Both the position numbers and the translations under genes were made by a program. This document shows, in pieces, positions 1 to 8,800 of a stretch of DNA of 30,587 nt; the stretch's first letter is position 1, and each line of letters begins with the position of its first letter. A model generated the notes under the pieces. It worked only from the letters and a program-made list of their open reading frames with translations, was not told the DNA's origin and did no database searches. Source of the DNA: a virus (taxonomy: Duplodnaviria > Caudoviricetes); IMG/VR virus record IMGVR_UViG_3300020358_000015, positions 1 to 30,587 of that record, one strand, 5' to 3'.

Positions 1-15
1 AATGTATTAAACAAA

Positions 16-255
16 ATGACAGAACAACACATACAAAAGAAAAGGATTGACGAACTAGAGGCAGAGGGATACTATGTAATAAAACTTATTAAAACAAATA
101 AGAATGGTATCCCTGATATTATAGCAATACCACCTAATTGTGGTGTACTATTTTCAGAAGTAAAAAAGCCAGAGGGCAGGGTGTCTGCCTTACAAGAATA
201 TAGACTAAAAGAATTAAAAAAACATGGAGTCAAAACAGAAGTATACAGAGGGTGA
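16..255 (+). CDS. VRR-NUC domain (PD-(D/E)xK) nuclease / Holliday junction resolvase-like
   Basis: Motifs E..IQ, GIPDIIA, FSEVK.PEGRVSALQ...L..L...G match the stand-alone phage VRR-NUC pattern. Confidence 0.85.
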   Translation: MTEQHIQKKRIDELEAEGYYVIKLIKTNKNGIPDIIAIPPNCGVLFSEVKKPEGRVSALQEYRLKELKKHGVKTEVYRG

Positions 256-538
256 AGATTTTGAATTAGATGAATTTTTCCTAGAAGCAATACATAATTT
301 TAAAGAACCTGTAAAAAACAGAATAGCAAAAGAAATAGATAAGTTATCTGGATTACAAAACACCAATGACGAAATAAAAGTTATTTCAGGAGTAGTTCAT
401 GATGATGATAAAAAACCAACATTCTTTTCAATAGAATATTTTAGAGCAAAAAAAACTCCATCGATTCTAATTGATATATACCCTATAGAACTAAACAATT
501 ACTTAGACGCAATAAACACAGGAATTTATATTAAATAA
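224..538 (+). CDS. hypothetical phage protein (104 aa)
   Basis: Fills the gap between neighbours; overlaps the upstream gene by 32 nt and ends 1 nt before the next ATG. Confidence 0.7.
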   Translation: MESKQKYTEGEDFELDEFFLEAIHNFKEPVKNRIAKEIDKLSGLQNTNDEIKVISGVVHDDDKKPTFFSIEYFRAKKTPSILIDIYPIELNNYLDAINTGIYIK

Positions 539-539
539 A

Positions 540-920
540 ATGGAAATATCAAAACGTAAATTAGAGAAAATTAGTGGAGCGATACTAACTTCATTCATTA
601 ACCTGCACTACTTAGAAGAATGTGACAGGACTGGATTGTTTAAATACAAAACAAAGAACAACCTCAGAAGGACCTTAAGCGACTTAAAAGAAATAGAGTT
701 TAATTACTACAACAAGATAGAGAAAGTTGATAAGGGAGACCTTGCTGACAAGCTAGTCACCAATAAGATGGTATTTATTGAATGGCTTTTAAATAAGTTT
801 GACTTCAATGACTTTTGCAAGATTCAGGAGATTTGTCTTGCGTATGAGCTAGATAAGGAAGAAATAGGTAAGGCATCAGAAATAGTATTAGAAAAAAACG
901 GAGCAGAAAAAATAACATAA
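540..920 (+). CDS. hypothetical phage protein (126 aa)
   Basis: Tightly packed ORF with A-rich start context; no recognised motif. Confidence 0.8.
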   Translation: MEISKRKLEKISGAILTSFINLHYLEECDRTGLFKYKTKNNLRRTLSDLKEIEFNYYNKIEKVDKGDLADKLVTNKMVFIEWLLNKFDFNDFCKIQEICLAYELDKEEIGKASEIVLEKNGAEKIT

Positions 921-923
921 AAT

Positions 924-1082
924 ATGTACAGAAAAAAATTAATTCAAAAGATTCAACAGCTAATTGACAAGCTACCAGTAAGCAACAGAAGAAAAGAAGC
1001 TAAGAAAGACTTGCTAGAGCTAAAGCTAAGTGATAGCGACAAACATTTTATTTTACTAAACGACAAATACAAGAATATATGA
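924..1082 (+). CDS. small hypothetical protein (52 aa, MYRKKLIQKIQQLIDKLPVSNRRKEAKKDLLELKLSDSDKHFILLNDKYKNI), not in the ORF track
   Basis: Translated by hand; starts 3 nt after the previous stop and ends in an ATGA overlap with the next gene. Confidence 0.75.
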   Translation: MYRKKLIQKIQQLIDKLPVSNRRKEAKKDLLELKLSDSDKHFILLNDKYKNI

Positions 1083-1513
1083 TTGAAAACTTCACATTAT
1101 TGAGCAATATTATTTACAAACTATATCAAGTAGATATAAAAGAAAAAAACAGAACAAGAAAAGTTCAAGACTTAAAAAAAGTATTTTCACATATCTCTTT
1201 TGAAAAAATAAAAGGATTTAGATATACTGAAACTGGCAGGTTTTTAAAATTAAATCACGCTACAATTATACATCACGTCAAACGAGCTAAAGATTTGCTT
1301 GAGTATGATAGTTATTTTCGGGAAGTTTATAGTAAAGTTGAAAATGAATTTGTAGCTCAAAGAAAAAACACTATTGAAGGAATTAAGATAGATATAGAAC
1401 TGCTAAGAAATCAAGAAGATTGTCTAAAAAAACAGTTTTTTTATGCTACTTTACAAGAAGCAAAAGAAGCTTTAAAAGATTATAATTATCGTCCTTTAAG
1501 TCCGTTATACTGA
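1079..1513 (+). CDS. DnaA C-terminal-like helix-turn-helix DNA-binding protein
   Basis: K.R.R ... ETGRFLKLNHATIIHHVK resembles the Bac_DnaA_C signature (IG..F..DH.TV.H); no AAA+ domain. Confidence 0.7.
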   Translation: MIENFTLLSNIIYKLYQVDIKEKNRTRKVQDLKKVFSHISFEKIKGFRYTETGRFLKLNHATIIHHVKRAKDLLEYDSYFREVYSKVENEFVAQRKNTIEGIKIDIELLRNQEDCLKKQFFYATLQEAKEALKDYNYRPLSPLY

Positions 1514-1547
1514 ATTTAATTATTTTTTTGTAAATTTAACAACAAAA

Positions 1548-1727
1548 ATGTCTAAAAATAACATATCAGTAAGTTTTGTTAATGTTACAATGAAAAACAT
1601 TAATGAAATTACTGACGATATATACGAGTGCTTAATGGATGAAGATTACATAGAAATGAATCGTAAAATTAAAGATCTAAATTCAATACTTAGAGAAATA
1701 CAAAAACTTTCTGAATATGGAATATAG
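1548..1727 (+). CDS. small hypothetical protein (59 aa, MSKNNISVSFVNVTMKNINEITDDIYECLMDEDYIEMNRKIKDLNSILREIQKLSEYGI), not in the ORF track
   Basis: Translated by hand; A-rich leader (aacaacaaaaATG); overlaps the next start by 11 nt. Confidence 0.7.
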   Translation: MSKNNISVSFVNVTMKNINEITDDIYECLMDEDYIEMNRKIKDLNSILREIQKLSEYGI

Positions 1728-2733
1728 GCCTAGACTGAATGACGAAGAATATGATATGATTATAAATCATAGAGCTTTAAAAAAAGAATGCGACTCAAAA
1801 GGTATTCCAATCCAAAATGTAAATCATTATTGGCATAAAGGTAAAAACTTTTCTCTTCATGTTAAAAATAATGGATTATCTCTAGATAAAGTTAGAAAGG
1901 ATATGATTAAGGCGATGGATGAACACTCGCCTTCATATCCTGAAATAAAAAGAATAAAGCTAGATGAATCTCATCTTCTAGTTATTGATCCTGCTGATAT
2001 ACACATCGGAAAACTATCATCTTCATTTGAAACAGGTGAAGACTATAATTCTCAAATAGCTGTTAAAAGAGTTAAAGAAGGAGTCAATGGAATCCTTCAG
2101 AAAACAAATGGATTCAATATAGATAAAATACTTTTTGTCGGTGGTAATGATATACTACACATAGACGAACCTAACCGGAAAACTACTGCAGGAACACCAC
2201 AAGACACAGATGGGATGTGGTATGAGAATTTCCTTACAGCAAAACAACTATACATAGATGTTATAGAAACACTACTGACTGTAGCTGATGTACATTTTGT
2301 ATACAATCCAAGTAATCACGATTATATATCTGGATTTATGCTATCAGACTCAATACAATCTTGGTTTAGAAAAAGCAAGAACATTACCTTTGACTGCTCA
2401 ATAGCTCACAGAAAAGGATTTAAGTATGGTAGTAACCTAATAGGAACTACACATGGGGATGGAGCTAAGTTAGCTGACCTTCCTTTAATTATGGCAAATG
2501 AGTTTTCTAAGTGGTGGTCTCAAACAAAACATCGCTATATATATACACACCATATACACCACAAGTCTAGTAAAGACTATCATGGTATCACAGTAGAATC
2601 ATTAAGGTCTCCAAGCGGCTCTGATTCTTGGCATCATAGAAAAGGATACGGTGTAGGAGGTGTCAAAGCCGTAGAGGGATTTATACATTCAAAAGAACAT
2701 GGACAAGTAGCTAGGCTAACTCATATATTTTAA
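1717..2733 (+). CDS. calcineurin-like metallophosphoesterase
   Basis: Five metal-binding motifs in order: PADIHIG, GGNDILH, PSNHD, THGD, THHIHH. Confidence 0.85.
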   Translation: MEYRPRLNDEEYDMIINHRALKKECDSKGIPIQNVNHYWHKGKNFSLHVKNNGLSLDKVRKDMIKAMDEHSPSYPEIKRIKLDESHLLVIDPADIHIGKLSSSFETGEDYNSQIAVKRVKEGVNGILQKTNGFNIDKILFVGGNDILHIDEPNRKTTAGTPQDTDGMWYENFLTAKQLYIDVIETLLTVADVHFVYNPSNHDYISGFMLSDSIQSWFRKSKNITFDCSIAHRKGFKYGSNLIGTTHGDGAKLADLPLIMANEFSKWWSQTKHRYIYTHHIHHKSSKDYHGITVESLRSPSGSDSWHHRKGYGVGGVKAVEGFIHSKEHGQVARLTHIF

Positions 2734-2761
2734 TTATGAAATATAAATATTTTACAAAAAT

Positions 2762-2818
2762 ATTGGTGTTTTAAAGATAAAAGTTTGATGTGTTTGATGT
2801 GGTTTGATTAAAACCAAT
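2762..2818. other. imperfect inverted repeat enclosing a 9-bp tandem repeat between convergent operons (possible terminator or regulatory element)
   Basis: attggtgttttaa (2762-2774) pairs with ttaaaaccaat (2808-2818); the loop holds gtttgatgt x2 plus ggtttgatt (2783-2809). Confidence 0.4.
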
Positions 2819-2864
2819 GTATTTACTTGAAGTTTTCTTATTAGATAAACCTATAGAAAAATCA

Positions 2865-5800
2865 TCAGAATTCTAAATTTTTTAATTCATCTTCTAGTTT
2901 TTTTAATTTCCTACCACTAGTACTGTTTTTAGATTTTTTTCTAGCTCTAGATTTTTCAGCTTTTCTTTTTTTAAGCTCTTTTTCTCCATATATTATTTTA
3001 AAGTCTTCATCACTTAACTTTAAATCTTGTTGTTTAGAAGCTTTTATGTCAGACCAATTGTCAGCCATTAAATACCTTCTTATATCCTTATATAGTGGTA
3101 GTGGTACTCCTGTAAACTGACTAGCCTCTAAAGCAGTTCTTAGTGTAAGAAACTGAGCCGCTGCTCTGTCTGCAACTTTTTTATCTTTACTTCCCATTTT
3201 AGCAAGTAAATCACCCATTCTTAATAGACTACTAGCTTGTGGTGCTAAAGGCCCTGCGCCAATTCTTATTGCAGACTCTGCTACACCTTCTTTTTCTAGT
3301 TTTTGTTGATTAATTACACTAAAGATTAATGAATGTTCGTATGGATTATATCCTTTGCCATCTTTGTCTGACCATAAACCTAAAGATTCTCCATATTCCT
3401 CGTTTAATTTTTCAATACCTAAATTTATTGGAATCATAGGAAAATTACCTGAAGTACCTCTGGTTATCAAAGAAACTCCTGCACCTACTAATTGTCTAGT
3501 GCCTAACTCTTCGTAATCTATATCATCTTCATCATCAAGACCTAACACTCCATTAAACATAGAAGCTAGTGCTTTGTACATAACAACGTACATACTCATT
3601 CTAGTGATAACTCCTGCTAATGTAGCACCTCCTTTAATAGCACCCATTTCTCCTTGTCCAACCATAGAGGCAACAGCTTGTCTAGCCGTTACGAATTCAT
3701 TAATAGTAAACCTAGCCATATAAGAATTTATTGACTTATATAATATCACTCTTGCACCATCCTCATCTGAAAGTTGATTTTTTAATACACCACTAAATGG
3801 GTCATTAGATGTTGCAGCTTGAGTAACTTTAGCATCCGCTGCTCTCTTAGCGGCTTGAATAGCATCTGCATATTTAGTCATATACGCTTCGTCATTCTTT
3901 GATATCTTATCTGCGTCCATGTCTTGGCCAGTTTCCTGTTTAAAGACCCTAGCAAAAGTTCCAAAAAACAAAGGTCTTGAAATCATTTTATCAGGAGTAC
4001 TTAATAAATTGTCTGCTATAAACTCTGAACCATCTGCAAACTTTTTACCAAATCTACCTGCATATTTAAGGCTGCTTTTAATATTACTACCACTAGCTCG
4101 TTTACTTCCCTTTTTGTTTCTAACTACACCAGATTGTTCTGATTTAGAACCTCCTAGTATTTCTGAACCCCAATTTTTAGTTACAGTTGTAGACCCTACA
4201 TTTTCTGCAAAAGATAATCCGTTTTGCATTAAAGATAAGTTTGAATATTTTCCTAACCCCAATGCTAATTCTTTAGGAGCTGACATCAATCCAAATGTCA
4301 AGTTACTGCCAAGTTCTGCTACTGCTCTTGGAGCAGATGCTAGAGTACTATAATAACCAACTTTTCTTGCTATATCAAAATACTTACCTCCAATGACATC
4401 TGTACTAAAATTACTAGACAAAACATTTTCAATGGATTCATCATATGCTCTTGACAAAGAAACAGTTGCTTCTATTACTTCTTTTGTAGCATTTTCTTGT
4501 TCAGAAAGTCTGGTTAATTGAGTTAAAGCTTTTCTAGACGTTTGTATTTCATTAGTTAAATAATAATCCATACCTGTCATTCTTAAAGATCTTAATGCTG
4601 TAGCGACAGGATCAAAATCAATTGCTTTTGCTCCTGGAGTTCTGCTTATAGACGATTTAGATTCAGTACTTGTTTTTGCATTTACGTATTCTTTTTGTGA
4701 TATTAATTGTTTGTCTAACTTATCTTTTGTAGCATCAACTTTGTGATGAACATAATTATTTAATAAGTCTAGTTTGTTACCTCTTACAATAGTTGTGGCA
4801 TAAGCTTGCTTGTCACCCAAAGCACCATAAATTTCTTGCATTATACCTATAGCTTTCATTACTTGTGGAGATAAATTTTGTTTCATCTTCTTAGTTGTAA
4901 TGACTCCTCCTTCGCTATTCTTGGCTTTTATATCGAGTAATATATCTATATCAGCTTGAGTATAATTACTTGCTGTTTTAGAATCGTTAAAGTTTTCTAT
5001 AGTCTTGTCTATAAATTCATTTGCTTCTGCAACTCCTTTATTACCTACGTTTGATTCGCTTTCTAAAGCTAATAAATATGTTTGTATTTCAAACCTTCTT
5101 CTTACTGCAGGATTAGTTCCTTCTTTGTAAGTAGGAGCTATTATTTGCTCTACAGCATCAAGCTTGTCAGTCAGTCTTCCTGCCCAGGTTTTAAACTGAC
5201 TGTACTTTGTGGCTATTGGTTCAAAACTATTATTTCTTATAGTGTTGTTTTTATAGTTCCCAAAAGCATTATCTACTGCAGATAAAGGATTAGTCCTCAG
5301 CATCTCTAATGATGTTGTAGAATTCGCTCCTCTACTAACAGCATTTTTTAAACCTGCTTTTAAGGCAGCTTCTGCCCTGCTTTTAACCATAGCTATTTTA
5401 TTTTTAGTAGTTCCATATTTGTCTACTAAAGGACGCATGTCATAAGCCCTACTATTTATTGACTGACCAAGTTTGTTTGCAGCGTGTGTATAATGACCAT
5501 CATTAATGTTTTCAAGACTAACTTCTAATAAATCTAATTGCTTGCCTGTTAAGCCAATTAGGTCGCTGTCTTTAATGTTTTGAAACACTTGAACACCACC
5601 TGCTTCTTTAGTTGTATTGTCAAGACTTTTTAAACTTATACCCTTAGACCTAGATTTTATTTTTGTTATAACGGCCTGTCTATTCTCAGCAAATTTATTA
5701 GCAGATTCTACAAGCTCTTGATTTTCATCAGTCTCTGCTGAGTTAATTTTATCTATAAGCGTTTGTAATGTAAATGAATCTAGTTTATCTAAGTCGTTTT

Positions 5801-8800
5801 CAATAAACTTAGAATCTTCTAATATTAAAGTTTCACCATCTACATCTTCATTAATAATTTTATCTACTATAGTTTTTAAACTTTTAGTTTCTTTAGTTTC
5901 AGTCTCTTCATCTGTATCTTGAATGTTTTCATTATACAAAGAATCAGCCATGTTCTGAGAATCTATTACTAACTGATCATCTAACTTTACATTTTGTTTT
6001 TGCTTAAGAAGATTACTTAAGAAATCATTATAACCATCTATATTTTCACTAGTCAGATTTTTAGTTGGAGTATTTAGTATAGTCCCTAACCTAGATATAA
6101 GGTCTGGATTTAATCCATAGTTTCCTTTATTTAATCTTGTAGTCACTCTATTATTAAGCTTTTCTGCTTTCAAAATTTTTGCTGCGTAATCAGCATCATT
6201 AAATACTTTTTCCGAATACTCTATTAATTCTTGTACAGCTACCTGATTATCAAGATTAACACTATTAACTTTGTTTATAACAGCTTTGGTTTGTGCTGCA
6301 GTAATATTTCCCTTTTTACCTTTAGCATATGTTTTTATCTGTTTATTAAGGTTTTTCCTTTTAGTTTTTAAATCTTGCTTACCTTCTCTATTAGACTTGT
6401 TCCAAGATTTCCAAAATCTTTTACGTTGAGCATTTTCTCCTTCTTGTTTAGCTTTATCAGTTCTAGTGGTACTTTTTATAGATTGTAAAATACCTTTATA
6501 TGTATCAGCTGTTACAGTTTGACTATTTGTTTTAGCAATAGCTTCTACCTCAGCCTTAACCTCAGCTTCATTAGCAGCATATAAATCTATCTGCTCATTA
6601 GAATAATTTGTATCTCCATTAGCAATTTTAGTTGCTAAACGTCTTGTTTTTGATTTATCTTTCGGTAATTGTTTTCGTATTTCAGAAACTCTGTTATCTA
6701 TGGCTTCTTGATTTTCTGAATAAAATTGTTGAGCTTCTTCAGATAACTCTGTAGAAGAATCACTTTCAGCTATTCTATTTGAAAATGACTCAATCTTATT
6801 GTCAAGTTCATTGTTCACACTCATATCTTGCTCTACAGCAGAAGGTTCTGTTAACTGTTCAGCATCTGTCTGCGCAGTCGTGTCGCTAGTTGTATCGGTT
6901 TGCGTTTCACCTTCTTCGACTTTCGTTTCGGTAGTGACTTGCTGAGTGTCTCCTTCTCGAACTTGTTGCAGTCCCACTTCGGAGTCTCCCCCCTCTTCTT
7001 TGCTTGTTGAAGCATCTGGTAACACTTGCTCCTCTGTGCTTGGCTCTTGAATGGCATCCTTTTTTGTTTTAGTTTCACTTTCCTTATCTTTTTCTAGTGC
7101 AGCTTTATTAGCTGTTTCAACAGGAAAAGCTAAGGCTTGCTTTTCTTCCATTGATAACTTATTAAAGTTCTGTACAGCTCTGCTTCTAATTTCGCTGTTA
7201 TTTATTTTATAGTTTTTTTCACCTGCAGCTTCTTTTTCAGAAACTAACTCTTTTCCTGCATCATCCATCAGCTTTTGTTTTGATTTGTTGTTTACAAAAT
7301 CAAAGTTGCTGTTTTTAATTATATTGTTTTTTAAATCCTGAATCTGAACATCAAGATAAGGTGAGAAAACTTCAGAGACTTTTTTCTCTGATTCTAATTG
7401 TTTAATTTTATTTAAGTCACTCATCACCTGTAAAGATGTTTCAGCACTTAAATTTGATGGTAACCCATTAATGGTTTCATTAAATATTTTAACATCACTT
7501 ATTAAGTTATCAGCTTGCTGTTGAGTATAAATACCTCTCTTTACTTGTGAGTCTAAAAGTGATTGTGTTTTTTTTACATTACTAGCTAGTAAAGCTAAAG
7601 ATTTTATTTGGTCAATAGCTCTACCACCTTTTCCGGTCATACTAAAAGACCTAGTTGTATTTGCTTTTAAATCTCCTGCAACAGGCATTAAAATACCTGC
7701 AGTTAAAGATATTATAGAGGTGTTAGCAAAGTCATCTAAACTAATAGTCTCCTTCATTATTTGTTCACCTGCTTGTTCGTTTATGTCTGATCCAATGATA
7801 TAAGCTTGTGTGCCTTGTTGAATATTTTCTTGAAAAAACTCTTTTCCACCTTCAGTTAAATAGACAGGAACATTTCTTATAACTCCATCTAATGTTTTTC
7901 GTAAATAAGACCTAGACGCCTCAATTCCTGCTCCTTGTGCATATCTATTAATTGTATTCTCAACAATTTTTTGCTTTACTTTTGTTCCAAATATCTTATC
8001 CATAGCAACACGCTGCGTAGATATTGGAGCTGTTAATACACCTAATGCATATCCCTGAGTCCCTGCTTCAGAAGCTAATAAATCTGCTTCTTCATTTGAT
8101 AAACCTGCATCTAATGCTGACCTTCTAACCTGTGAGGATAGTGAGCTACCCATTAAAGTACCTTGAGCAATCATAGCTGATGCTGTTGTAGCTTTCATAG
8201 GTATTTTTTCCAACAAAGAAACAACTTGTCTACCTTGCTTATACTTAGATGCAAATGCAATTCCTCTTGCAGTTTGACCTGCAATTCCGACACCTCTAGT
8301 AAGAGCTATCTGAAGTAGCATATCAGATGCTACACCTGCAGTTGTTACTGCTGCCCCTGTGCCACTAAAACTACTTCCATCAACTCCATTTAATTGAACT
8401 TGTTTTCTTATTTCTTTTATTTGCTCAGGCTCTAATATGCTGCTTACTCTTATCTTTAAATCTAAATCATATATTTCTCCGTTGTCATCAATCATATACT
8501 CTCTACCATTTGCAAAAGCGCTTTTACCACTTGCATACGTATATCTAAGCATATCATCTCTGTTAAGTTCTGTTTCAGCTTGATTCATTTGAATTTCATC
8601 ACTAACAGATTCCATGCCTACCCAATCATAAGCCCACTCAGAAAAACTATTTATCCTATCATTTACAGAACGACCTCCCTGAGATCCTGCATCAAGCAAC
8701 CATTGAGTATTTGCACCACCTGCACCACCTTCTAATTCTCTTTGATAATTTTCTTTTGTTTCGGCTTTTTGTTTTTTTATTGCAAATGATAAAGTAGGAA

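Noticed and set aside
2783-2809. Mini-CRISPR array
   Set aside because: Units are only 9 nt with no spacers; no CRISPR, tRNA or rRNA was recognised anywhere in the window
3919-4353. 144-aa antisense ORF (and other + strand ORFs within 5082-28687, plus - strand ORFs at 72 and 2097)
   Set aside because: Antisense shadows of long genes, with no start context or motifs
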